The notes beneath the pieces were generated by a model. It had not been told where the DNA came from, ran no database searches, and worked only from the letters and a program-made list of their open reading frames with translations. A stretch of 63,040 bases of DNA, filler included, from Reticulomyxa filosa (Eukaryota; Protista; Foraminifera), in assembly GCA_000512085.1 (NCBI GenBank). It is 20 parts of 20 records of this genome, joined end to end, with 100 filler letters (N's around TTAATTAATTAA, not from the genome) between each part and the next. Parts side by side here need not be neighbours in the genome. Positions count along the whole stretch, not along the records: positions 26,083 to 28,545 come from ASPP01020268.1; positions 28,646 to 31,074 come from ASPP01022596.1; positions 31,175 to 37,092 come from ASPP01023357.1; positions 37,193 to 41,103 come from ASPP01002855.1; 16 more parts are not named here. One strand, 5' to 3'. How positions within the stretch are numbered: position 1 is the stretch's first letter; every line of letters begins with the position of its first letter. A program made the position numbers and the translations under genes. Below, one piece after another: positions 27,571 through 39,816 of this stretch.

Positions 27571-28646
27571 GTCACTTCAATGTTGCTTTGATATCCCTTT
27601 CTTTTTTTTTTTGCTTTTTTACCGGTAGGATGTTCGATGTCGTATTCATCAAATAAATACACCTGTTCCGGGAATTGTGCCATGGCTTCTACTCGCGTTA
27701 TGTTGTCTAATTCTGAGGGGTCGTAAGTGTTAGTTATCCTCGTTTCGATTCTATATAACCGTTCCATTTTCTGTCCAAGCAGGGAATGATCAATAATTTT
27801 CACTATCTTCCTCTTTCCACATATGCTTGCCATTGAAAATATAAAAAGGAGAGCCAAGTTTTGTTTCTCTTTTCTAAACTGTTAAAGTGAGTACCCTGAA
27901 AAGACTTCATAAATTTTTTTTTAGCGCGGAATAGGCAAAGTATTTGAAAATTGATTTTATTTTGATTGTACAATTGTTTTCAATGACAGTAAAAATATCG
28001 ACGGAAGTGAAAATGCTCAAACAGTGGATTTGATGATATCCTTACTCTATCGGCAATATTTAAGTCACGCGACGAAACAAGCATAGCAATTATGAAAAGT
28101 AAACAAAAGACAACGACAAATGATTTTGTAAATCAGTGTAAAGACCTGCACTATGAAAGGAGCGGTCTGTTTTACACGAGAGAAAAATTTTGAGTGTGAG
28201 TAAGGTAAGAGAGGGAGAGGGATAGGGCGAAGAGAGAAAAAAAAGGAAGTGGGTAAAAGAGCAATATTTGGAAACAACAAAAAACAAACGGCTATATAAA
28301 TTTCACAATCCAAAAGAAATATTAAAAGGTTTGATAGTGTTTCAAAATCTAATATATTTTACTTTTTTTTTGTTTTTTGAACTTTTCCCTTTTCATTTCC
28401 CGTTCTTTTCTTTTTTTTATCAAAGGTGGTTGTGTCAAGGGTTTTAAGGGGCCAGAGACGAGAAACTCTTTCAACCATTGCGGCAGATATGAAAACAAGT
28501 ACAGCATCCACGCATCCCACCGTACGATGTATCTATAAAAAAAAANNNNNNNNNNNNNNNNNNNNNNNNNNNNNNNNNNNNNNNNNNNNTTAATTAATTA
28601 ANNNNNNNNNNNNNNNNNNNNNNNNNNNNNNNNNNNNNNNNNNNNT

Positions 28647-28690
<44 letters not shown>

Positions 28691-30294
28691 CTTTCCAACA
28701 GACGTACTTACGCTTTTCTTCCAATTGTTCTTGTACTCCGTTGTTGTAATGTGAGGCCCATTCTTCACGATCTTGTCTATTCTTTTGTTGCCAGAACTTG
28801 TTTGAAAGGCAAATTTTAGTGTGCGTCATTTCTTTGTTTGTCGGTTATAAACGCGGAAAGGGTTTTTTTCCTTTTCCTCCTTTTTACGTACATCATCGAT
28901 TATGACAGTTACACAACACTCCTAGCAAGATCCTCTTTTTTGTATAATAGTTAAAAAATTCTCAATAACTAAAAAATTTGCGTTTACTTTGCTCTAAAAA
29001 CGAAATCCAAAAGAAGAATAGAAGCGTTCGTAACTAATGGTTATTTGAAAAATGACTTAAAAAATTAAAAAGAAGCACAACTCCAACTCAAAAAAGTAAT
29101 ACTAAACATTTACATTATTTCAAAATACTGAGGCATATATTCGTATCCAAGTCGTTAAAACTCGTTTAAAAAAGGGATATCGTCACTTGAGAAGTTTTTT
29201 TTATTTTTGTTTGCAATAGGTCAACTAACAAAAATATAAAAAGCAACAACAATAAGATGGAACTTGTTCAGTACTATTCTCTCTCTTTTATCAACGCTTT
29301 TTGCCTTCAACGTGTCAAAAATCACTTAGTTCACGTCGACATTATTTTATTTTCACTTTGATAAGTTTCTTCTAATCATTGTGTTAAATGATGCAAAGAT
29401 ATCACGTCTATCATTATCACTGTCCGTAATTGAAATATTCCATATCTCCCAAAATGACTTGGTTTCAGTTTAGTGTGGTGATACTTTCCTTGCACTCAAC
29501 TTTGATGATGTTGAATGTGTCTTTCAAGTTGTGTTTGTCAATGTTTTTAGCTTTTAAATCCACTATCATTAAATGTTATATGTGATATAGTTGTATCATG
29601 TTATTCAATATTTTTCAATTTGTAATAATTTTTTCATTTCTTTTTTTCTTTAAAAAGACAGTAACAGATTTAACTTCATTGTTCATTATTGTTTGTTTCA
29701 CATGAAGTTTAATCGATTTTTAACTTTTTTATGTACTTCTCCAAATTATTATTTTAATTTTGTATTTCTAATATGATAGATGTGTAATTGGAATAAAGAA
29801 AAATTTTAATAAAATTATTAATTGTTGAAAGAACTGTTTTTAAAGATGAATGTAATACAAAAAAAGTGCTGTATATTCGTCAAGAAATTGAAATAGTGTT
29901 TATTTCGTATGCAAAGTTCAAAATTCTTCCAAGCATATAAAAAGTACTAATCACTTTAATTTTGTTTGTTTTCAATTGTCTCTAACAAAGATGACAACTG
30001 AAGAGTATATGGGGACGTAGTTTTCTCTTCCAACAAAAAAAACCAAAAATGCTAGTACAATTTTAAGTGCAGGTATATGCTCAGTTCCCGAAGTTTTAGA
30101 GTTTGTATTGAAAAGATCATTACACGTAAAGTAAGAAGATTCTATGTATATGTGGCTTAGTTTAAAAATGTGTTTCTCTGTTGGTTTAAAACGACCAAGA
30201 AGGGATGTAAAAAAAAAAAAGGAACAAAAACATACACGCATACTTCTTGCAACACTAAAAAACTCAAAGATCGTATTTGGCAAAGTGTGAAGAA

Positions 30295-31044
30295 ATGCCA
30301 CTTCCGCTTAGTATCAATGAAACTGCTCAAGTAATATATTTTTGGTCCCGGTTGGAGGGTTTAACATCCCTTCCACCAGATGTACTGATCCAATTGATTT
30401 TTAAGTTTTTACCAAGTTTGGGAAATACGTATGAACACACTTTTTCATATTGTTGTTGTAGTACATACATACTTTATGTATATACTAATGTTAATGTAAT
30501 ATGTGGGATGTATATGTATAAATATGTGTATGTTGAATGAAAAAAAAAAAAAAAAAATAGGAAGCGAGTTTTTCATTTCATTGCATTCCCGGTTCAGTAG
30601 TGGCAATAACTGAATCAAATATGAATACAAATGCAAAAGCAGATATGACTTGGATAGTGGAACAAAGAAAGACTGAAGAGAATGTGAATCGAAACGAAGT
30701 GCCACAACCCGTGAAAGGAGAAGCATCAACAGCAGCAGTAGAAGAATGGAAATATTGGAACGCATGTTATAATGATCACTATCGGACAGGTTTAGTACTG
30801 TTTGGTGACTGTTTAACAGTACCAAGTAAAAGTGTATATCACTGTAAGGTACGCATCTCACACCTGTCCGATGTCGGTGGGTATGTCGGCATTGCTCTCA
30901 TTCCTTCTCATTATCACTATCTCGTTCAATCCATGCCTTCCAACTTGGGCGACAATTGTTTCATCTTTTACAGCTACGGTCGCTATTTTGACTTCTTTGG
31001 CAAAAGAAGTTCTTTAGATCAAGCTTTTTCATGGGACAATGTGG
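30295..31044 (+). CDS. Hypothetical protein with an F-box-like N-terminal motif and a SPRY/B30.2-like beta domain (partial)
   Basis: LTSLPPDVLIQLIFKFL motif and VLFGD...YHCKVRI...YVGIAL beta-rich segment; weak by-eye match only. Confidence 0.45.
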
Positions 31045-31217
31045 GTATGTGTACTTTTTTTTTTTTTTTTTTTTNNNNNNNNNNNNNNNNNNNNNNNNNN
31101 NNNNNNNNNNNNNNNNNNTTAATTAATTAANNNNNNNNNNNNNNNNNNNNNNNNNNNNNNNNNNNNNNNNNNNNAAAAAAAAAAAGTATGGTCATATATA
31201 TATGTATAAAAGCCGCG

Positions 31218-32323
31218 TTATGACGTACTTTTTTTACATAAACAAATCAAATTGAAAGCACGCTTTGCAAATGAAAAAGACAACACAATTGTTGTGGACT
31301 TGATACAAAAGTCAATGGACATAACAGACCAAACAGCGCCATACAAAAACCTTTTTAAGATACATACGTAAATCGCAAACGAAGACAATTCAGAAACGAT
31401 GAACAATCGCAATAACTTTTTTAGATAATGTTTTAAATCGTTTTGATAAGGTGCATCGAGCATTTCTTTTGTGTTTAACATCTTTTCGTTTGTTATTATT
31501 GTTACAATAATAACAACAATATTTTTTTTTATTTTTTTTTTTTTATGTGTACATATATATATTTTTGAAAACATATGGAGTCAATCTTTTAATTATGGTT
31601 AAAAAAAAACAACAACAAACAAACGTATACGTATACAAATATAACTTTATGCAAGCAATAAACCAAAAAGAAAAATAAAGAAATATCCCAAAAGAAATGA
31701 CAAGCAATAGCAAGTAGAATAAATGCAATCGTCTTCAATTCGGACTCGATACAGTGATTGAGTTGCGAATATAATCCCAAAGCAATAACAGCAGTGCCAT
31801 AGGTGATAATTGGAGCAATCCACAAAAAATATTGACACCACTTGGATACTTCAAAAGCACTTCGTTGGAGGAGCACTGTGACTCGCACTAGATAAAAAGA
31901 AAAGAACAACCCGTCCGTGATCACACGTACGTAAACTGTGAAAGGTGCAATCATACATATATGTCCAGAAATATTCGACAGAGCAAATACCAATCGCTCG
32001 CACAGATCTCCCATGCAATACATTATGCAACCCATGATATACGTTGTTACAACCCACTTAATTTTGCTGTCTAATGTGATCGCAGGTTTACTTTCTTCTG
32101 GAGATACACTTACACCTACTGTACCTATCTCAATGTGTGATGTGCTTCGGACGTCGCTGTTCGATGACATCGTCCTTGCTCTTGTGACTGGTATATTCCA
32201 TAGATAACCGCGCGTCACATACAGCAAGCAGGTTAAATACAAGCCACACACCACGTTTACTACTATATTCATTATTAATGCCCAGTCCGTACTCATCCCC
32301 GCTTTGCTTACGTTCCAGTGCAT
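31218..32323 (-). CDS. Seven-transmembrane (GPCR-like topology) membrane protein, 2 exons
   Basis: Five hydrophobic helices in exon 1 and two in exon 2, with a Cys at the start of TM3 and a Cys in the TM4-TM5 loop. Confidence 0.65.
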
Positions 32324-33038
32324 TTTTTTTTTTTTTTAAGTTTCTTTTTCGCAATTTCAAACTCACAAGCCTTGAATAATCCCGAGAATTTTCAAATCAC
32401 TAACGAGACAATAAAAGAACACTTCTTTCTTTTTTTTTTCTCGTTTCTCTGGCTCTCTTTGTTTTAAAAAAGGGTCAAAGGTTCAATTCAGCTGTTACAA
32501 TTAAAAAATTTGTGTCTATTATAGTTGATTCCGAAATTTTAAATTGCATTTGATCGATTCAGAAATGCTATTTTGTAATGTCTGTAGCAAACACAAAAAG
32601 GTAAATTTTCAAGCTACTTTTTTTACAATTCCAAAAATATTACATCAATACGTATACGTGTGATTTAAACTAGTGATATGGCTCCGTTTGCATTTGGGGA
32701 TAATTTATTTGCCTAGCAAGAAATGACATTGAATTTATTTGAGTTAATTTGAGTACGCATTGTTTTTTTCTCATGGCGCGTCAAACAAGATTAGGACACT
32801 ATTCTTATTTGTTGGGGTATTATCTTTGATTTTTTCTTCATTCATATAATTTGTGTTCGTCTTACATTTAAATCATTTATGTCAACAATTCAATATTTTT
32901 AAGGACAGATATTACTTCAACAATTGCTTAGTTCTTTAGTTTTTATTCAAATAGGATTTGGATAAATTTGTTAAATGCATTCTGGTGTAGCGCAATGTGT
33001 AAATGTTTAAAAGTACAATAACAAATTTATCTGACATC

Positions 33039-33066
33039 AATGAAATTACTTTATTGTCTTTTGGTG
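33039..33066 (+). pseudogene. Relic of a Kelch-like family gene (NEITLLSFG)
   Basis: A 28-nt stretch matches 36626-36653 at all but one position; the surrounding sequence has no open frame. Confidence 0.55.
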
Positions 33067-33864
33067 ATATTCACCAAAGAATAAAACGCTTCTATCTAAT
33101 CATATTCAATTGGTAATCATGATTTCCGATCATGCACACGCTCTTTGATCATTTTAATTTTATTATTATCAATAAAAACATTTGTTAATTGATTGTTGAT
33201 CGTTTTTCACAAACTCAAAAAAAAATTAGAAAACTCCAGTTTTAAGATTAAGTTTCCAAACAAGTTAACTCGACAAGATAGTCATTTTTTTTTTGGATAT
33301 TTTATAGTAGAGAGAAAATGCTTAAAAGAGTTAGTTATTTTTGGCAATTCCTTTTCTCAATATAACTAGTTTCTATTCGCCAATATCATCTGATAAAAAA
33401 TGTCAAGGGGTATTCCCTTCAATGTCTTGAACAACATCTGAGACAAATTATGTCTGTTTTGGATACAATTAAACTCAATCAGTGATCATAAAATGTAATC
33501 GTGAGATGAACAACAGTTAACTGTGATCTCTATTTCAATGAAGATAGTGTAGAGGTTTAAATTTTGAATAAATTTATTTATTTGTTTTTAATTTATTGCT
33601 ATTGTTAAACTTAAGAGATTTAAAGATTTTATTTCATATCCTTACGATATCAATCTAATGTATTACTTCACAAAATATAAAATCTTCTTTTATTTCACAT
33701 TTTTAAAACTGTCTTTAAACCTTTAAAATTGTGAAATTGACTGTTGAATTTTATTTCTTTCGTTAATGTGCTTTGATAACTCATTCATTGGTCTTTAGAG
33801 AAAAATTCAATCATTTTTTCATCTTGCATCATGTAAGACTAGTTCAAAAAAGAAAAAGTTAAGA

Positions 33865-35253
33865 ATGGCCACTCATGGCGATGAAAAACAAACTTCAGCG
33901 CGATCAACACTGGTAAACTTCATTTCAATCTTTCAGAAAGTATATTATCATTTTGTTATACGTTGCTTTATGATTGAACAGCCAAAAGAAAGAGAGATCC
34001 AATTACTTGTTCAGTATTGGCTTCGAACATTAAAAATTAAATTAGGATGGATTAATGATTTTGACAATCTTGTTGTACACTATGTTATGTCTTTTTGTTA
34101 GTTTGTTTTTCCTTTAATAACGAATATTTATTGTTGATATTTGTTCATAATTACGATTTAACACAGGCAGGTACCGTCCTCATGCTTGACACGTTCCTTT
34201 TATCATCCAAATTACTCAGTACACTCATTGGACATACTAGTAAGGTGTATAGTATTGATTATTCTATATTTGATGACAATCAGTTTATGTATTCTGGATC
34301 AAATGATAAAACAATTCGTGTATGGGATGTTGACAACAACAAACAAATGCAATCATTTAATGGACATTCAAAAGCTGTAGGTTGCGTAAAATTTTCACAA
34401 TATCATTACCGTATTCATCGTCGTCATGTCATTTGCTCTTCATCAGATGACAAGACCATTCGTTTTTGGGATATCAAAAATAATCAACAATTCCAAATAT
34501 TCGATAAACATACAAGCTGGGTTAATAGCATTGTGTTTTCACCATTTAATAGTGGTAGATATTTGTGTTCTGGATCTGGTGACATAACAATTCGCTTATG
34601 GGATGTTGAAACATACAACTCATTACATGTTTTCAATGGACATGAAAGTCGAGTTTGGTGTGTGGATATTTCACCACTACAAAGCAATAACAACAATAAT
34701 GACAATAAAATGAATAATATTGGTGTGATTGGTGGTAATGGATATACAATTTGTTCTGGATCATCGGATGCTACCATTCGAATATGGGATATTGAAACAA
34801 CCAAACAATTGAATGTGTTCAAAGGGCATGAATATACATTGAATGATGTAAAATATGGATCAAATGAATTAGTAAACACAATATTATCTGGATCATGGGA
34901 TAAAAGTGTTCGTTTATGGGATATTCGATCTGGTCAACAAATTCAAAAGTTCAATGGACATGAAGATACAGTATCGTGCGTTGAATATTCACCACTTGCA
35001 GTAGACAATTTGAAATTGGTGGTAGTTCAAATGTCATATGTTCTGGATCAATTGATAATACAATTCGATTTTGGGATATTCGATCAAATAAGAATGAATT
35101 ATATGTGTTTAAGGGAGATGAAAAAATAGAGGAGTATCGTATTTTAAGTTTGTATCATTGAAAAAGAAAGAAATAACAGTACACAAAAATTAAGTGATTG
35201 TTATGTTAGTTTATGTTATAGTTCAATCCATGGTCTAATCCGTGTTGGGATAA
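33865..35253 (+). CDS. WD40-repeat protein of an expanded family, frame disrupted near 35010 (pseudogene or sequencing error)
   Basis: Repeated GH...SGS.D.TIR.WD units. After the shift another frame continues as SSNVICSGSIDNTIRFWDIRSNKNELY. Confidence 0.92.
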
Positions 35254-36400
35254 ACATATAAATTTTAAATTTGAAGTGTCATTTGATTTTTTTTTGTTTG
35301 AGAGCAAACGACTAAAATTGTTGCATAAACAATAATTAAATATACAAATTTATTATCGGCAGAAAACGGGCATTCACATCTTGTACAATTTTCTCCATAA
35401 ATATCAAACAACACAAAAGAAATGAAAAAACAAATACGAACAAGTCTTGGGCAATGCAAAGAATAATTCCAATCAAAAAATGTTTTTAACTTTAACGCAA
35501 TTTGGAATAGAATTCTTTTCAACGTCGATGAATAGTAAACGTATTAGTGATTATATGAAAGGGGTAATCAAAGCCATATAAATTTCTTCAAAAGTATCAT
35601 AGAAAATGTATTCATTTTGCAATATCAACACAAGAGATATTTAACAGTTTTTTCAAATCAGATGTATTTGAATGATAGACTTACATTTAAAATTGTTTGA
35701 CTAGTAATAAAAATTACAATTAGTGAAATATCGATTGCATAACATCACATAATCTCCCAAATATAAAAAAAAATTATGCATTTTGGAATATAACACTTGG
35801 TATTTCAAATTACAGTCAACAATGTATATATGTGCAAAAAAAATCCACTACATTTTAATAAAAAAATTTAATATACCAACCAAGGATGCCAAAAACATCT
35901 GTTGATAAAATTCTTTATTATTACTTGTTTTCAACATCATCAAGCATTTAGTATTCTTTTTGTTTCTGCTGCAGTTATATTCCATTCATAAACTAATTAA
36001 CATTCACCTTTCATGATCCTTCGAAATATTTTTGTACCAATTTTGTATTGTATCTTATTCCAAATAAATGTAGTAAAATCATTAAGGCTTTTTTAAAAAA
36101 TTCAATTGCATCAATGTCCTCCTTTATCACATAAATTATGACTTTTTTTAACAATAAGAACATAAGGATGATTTATCCCAAATATGTCAACGCAAAATCA
36201 ATAAATATTTGAAAATAACATTTATCCAAATACATTATGTACTGATAGTTCGTAAAGTTTTAATTTCATTTAATTAATTTTTTATAAACTAATTTTTGGT
36301 CTCTTAATCAATCCAGATTACAGATAATTTGTTCTGTTTTTTCAAAAGGACAATTTTTTTTTCTTTTTAAAAAACATTTGACTTACATAATATTAACAAC

Positions 36401-37092
36401 ATGAGTAATCGAATCTTTCAAACTTTAAAGGCTTTGCCAACTCCACTTTATCAGCCTCAATGTGTGTCACACAAACATGAACTCCTCATTTGTGGAGGTA
36501 CACATAATCGTGATTGTTATTCTTATCATACACTCACAAATGAATATAAGTTTATCTGTTCATATCCAAGTGATGTTAAATTATTTGGACATTGTGTAGT
36601 GAAGTTGATAGATAATAAAAACAGTAATGAGATTACTTTATTGTCTTTTGGTGGATTTTTTAAACATACATTGGTAATGAAATATGTAAGTGTTTGGAGT
36701 AATAACAATGACAATGACAATGAAATAAATAAATCAAAGAAATCAAGCAATTACAATGAATGGGTCCCTTTCACAGACAATCATAATTATCCAATTCAAA
36801 TTGGAAGAGATGAAGATAAATATGAAGGAGTGCGTGCAGTGATTGGTGGAAGTGACAATCATTTGTTATTTATCACCTATTATCCAAAAAATATTAGTGT
36901 ATTTGATTTAAATACATTTCAATTTATTAAACATGATACTGTACCAACTTATAATCCAACATGGTATCATTGCTTTGTATCAAAGTCAGAAAATAAACAA
37001 ACAAATAGAGAAAAAAAGAAAAAGAAAAAAATGAATGAAATGATATTGTTTTGTAAAAAGGCAATACTATCAATTGAATATGATGAAGATAA
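36401..37092 (+). CDS. Kelch/galactose-oxidase-like beta-propeller protein (3'-truncated)
   Basis: LPTPLYQPQCVSHKHELLICGG, GHCVV...LLSFGG and AVIGGSDNHLLFITY blades. Confidence 0.8.
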
Positions 37093-37552
37093 NNNNNNNN
37101 NNNNNNNNNNNNNNNNNNNNNNNNNNNNNNNNNNNNTTAATTAATTAANNNNNNNNNNNNNNNNNNNNNNNNNNNNNNNNNNNNNNNNNNNNCTTGAATA
37201 TTGATGCTTTTTTCACAGTGTCATCCCACTATCTGGTTTCTTTTGTTTGATTGCATACATGTCCGAAAGTGCAGTTAACATATCTGTTTGTTTTCCAGTG
37301 AACCAATTCAATGTGTGGTATTTTATCCCAATATTGCTTGCAGTATAGCCGATTAGTGTAAAAACACCGACCTTCAAGATTCTGCCAACAGAAAAAACCT
37401 AACATTTGTCTCGAAATTGCCAATTTCTCAAAGGCATCGGACACTTTGACATCACTACTCCTTGCTTTTTCTCAACTTGCAATGCTTTTTGCCCTCCTTA
37501 TTTGTATAAACTTGATCCTTTCGAGTTAAAAGAGTACCTGTTCTCAGAAATA

Positions 37553-38659
37553 CAGTATATTGAAAGAAAATTGCCATACCTAAATGGCGCCTCTATGAGA
37601 GAATATATTTTCTTCATAAAAATAAACATTTAAACGAATTTTTTTTATATCTACAAATCTTGTAGTTTTAAATATGAAATTTTTTTTATGTGTTTGTTCA
37701 ATTGTTTTTCATCGTGACATTTGTAATTGTTATTTTGAAATATGGATTGTTTAAAATGTTGAAACATTTAGACTTTTAAGAAAGAAATCTCTTTGTATGT
37801 CGATTGGTGGATCTAGCTTAATCTGCTGCGCGAAAGTTCGGTGTAAGCCTAGCTTCGCTACGATTATAACTAGCGTCATATAAATGCAATTGAACTGTAA
37901 AGAGAAATTCTGGCTCTGACATGTCAAAAAAGATTCCTTTACAAGTTCAGTGTAAAATTTTGAAGTGGATTGTCAATTCAAGGCTCGAGTTTGCAAATTG
38001 TTATAAACATTAAACTGTAGATAATTAAAAAAGTTATCTTTTCAGATGAAATAAAGATTAATTTGTGCGGAAGTGATACATCAAATATGTTGGAAAAAGT
38101 CAAACCTAGACTTAGTATAAAGCGATAATCAAAAGATCAAGGTCTGTTGGATGAAGTATCATGGCTTGAGCTTGTTTTGGTGCAAAAGGTATGTGAATGC
38201 TTGCAAGATAGATAATAGAATAAATTTGGAAATTTATGAAGATATGCATGTTAATAGTGTCAATTATTGTGTAGATGATGACTAGTTGTTCTAACAAGAT
38301 AATGCAACATGCCACAAAATTGAAAAAATCAATTAATTAGTTTAAAAGAAATGACAAAAAATTAATAAAATCTAAAAAAATTAAAATTAAAAAGTCAATT
38401 GTTAAAAGAAACAAAAAGATTTTCTTATTGATATGTTTGATTTATATACATTCCTGCGAAATATTGAAAAATCATTTGAAAAAACTGTGTTTTTAATCAA
38501 CCTAGGAAAAAGTTATTATAAAACCAATTTCATATTTAAAAACTACAATATTTGTATATATTTTTAAAAAATTATGTTTAAATGTTTATTTTTCATGAAA
38601 AAATCTATTCTCTTCATAGAGGTGCCATTTAGTTATGTCAGTTTCTTTGCAATCTACTG
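37553..38659 (+). mobile_element. Decayed, internally deleted Tc1/mariner-superfamily (Tc1-like) DNA transposon with long TIRs and TA target duplication
   Basis: TA|CAGTATATTG...AATCTACTG|TA, with an imperfect inverted match of >=130 nt between the two ends and an internal transposase relic. Confidence 0.9.
37981..38250 (+). pseudogene. Tc1-family DDE transposase remnant
   Basis: Reads RLEFANCYKH*TVDN*K/VIFSDEIKINLCGSD and later G*SIMA*ACFGAKG...KIDNRINLEIYED. These match the Tc1 motifs RL.FA..H..W....W..V.FSDE.K.NL.GSD and GGS.MVWGCF...G. Confidence 0.88.
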
Positions 38660-38804
38660 TAGAAAGACAAAAACAATTACAAAACCACATGAAACCTCAA
38701 CGGCCAAAAGGTCCACACAAAATAATTAAAGAAAAACATTAAAGTAATCAATTTGAATTTAGATTTATCTCATAAAAAACTTGACGATTGTTCAAATCCT
38801 CCTC

Positions 38805-38925
38805 TTGGTCGAATTCCATCCATTTTGAATTAGTTCCATTCAACACCAAGCCGATCTGATAAAAAGCTGTTAATCCACTAATATAATCTTTTATCGAATT
38901 TAAATTCATGTCTCATTCTATATCA
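38805..38925 (-). pseudogene. Non-LTR retrotransposon (LINE) reverse-transcriptase relic
   Basis: The minus strand reads LY*WINSFLSDRL/VLNGTNSKWMEFD, the segment that precedes GVPQG in LINE RTs. Confidence 0.6.
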
Positions 38926-38934
38926 ATCATATTA

Positions 38935-39130
38935 CAGTAGAATGTAAAAGAAAGTTGACAACTAAACCAGAGCATTAAATATATTATTGATTTTCCTTGA
39001 AGAAATAACATTTAAATCTGATTTTTTTTATCTTAAAAAGTATCTACATGTTACATTTTTTAAGTATGGTTTTCGTATTTTATAATTGGTTTCAGAAATT
39101 TGAATTGTATTGATTTTTGAAATTATTTGG
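38935..39130. mobile_element. Left-end TIR of the Tc1-like family (diverged, no clear partner)
   Basis: TA|CAGTAGAATGTAAAAGAAAGTTGACA is nearly identical to the start of the 24890 copy. Confidence 0.72.
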
Positions 39131-39816
39131 CATAGATTTATTTTAAAACAACGAAATTTTGTAGTCGAAACAAATAACAAAAAATTAATTTAGCAAGTGC
39201 ACAAAAACAAATATTACTAAAAGTGTATAAGAAAAGAAATAATGACATAGTAGCTTTTGATGTTAAGAATGTTATTATAGCAAAGCAAGATTTTGATTTT
39301 TTTTTTTTGCATTTATTTTTTTCATTGTGTATGTTTAATTGCTTGATTTGTAATTTTAGATTACGTTTTGTTTTTGCTTACTTTATCCTTGTTCAAGCAT
39401 TGTTAGCGATAATAAACAAAATAAAACAATCTTAAAAATAAATCAGCAAAGACTTTTTTAAAATATAAAAAAAACAAATTTAAGGAATGTGAAAACTTAA
39501 ATGGATTTTCAAATCTCATTGAGCCAACGTCAATTTTGTTAAAATTCAATATCAAATAAGAGATTCAAATGTTTGAAAATTGGTGATACGGACTTTAGCG
39601 TTTAAAGAAAACAAACGTAATACACATAAATCCGAAAATTTGGTTTGAAAATAGAAAGCATGTGTACAAAATTAAAAGCGAGCATATGAATGCAAATGAA
39701 AAAGGTGTAGTAGAGAGCTTTTGTTTGGACAAGAACCTGTTGGGTTTTGTGTAAGAGTGTTTAAAAAAAGTCTTGGGATTCTTTTTTGTTGTGAAACGCA
39801 AGCAAAAGCCAAAAGA

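Noticed and set aside
28400-28533. Minus-strand terminal exon resembling a short-chain dehydrogenase C-terminus (YIVRWDAWMLYLFSYLP)
   Set aside because: Too short to assign without the upstream exons.
35811-35830. TACAGTCAAC as a further transposon terminus
   Set aside because: No extended similarity to the TIR family and no partner end found.
37981-38250. Alternative genetic code (TAA/TGA read as Trp)
   Set aside because: Intact genes in the window use TGG for Trp and end in TAA/TAG/TGA, and the relic also has frameshifts.
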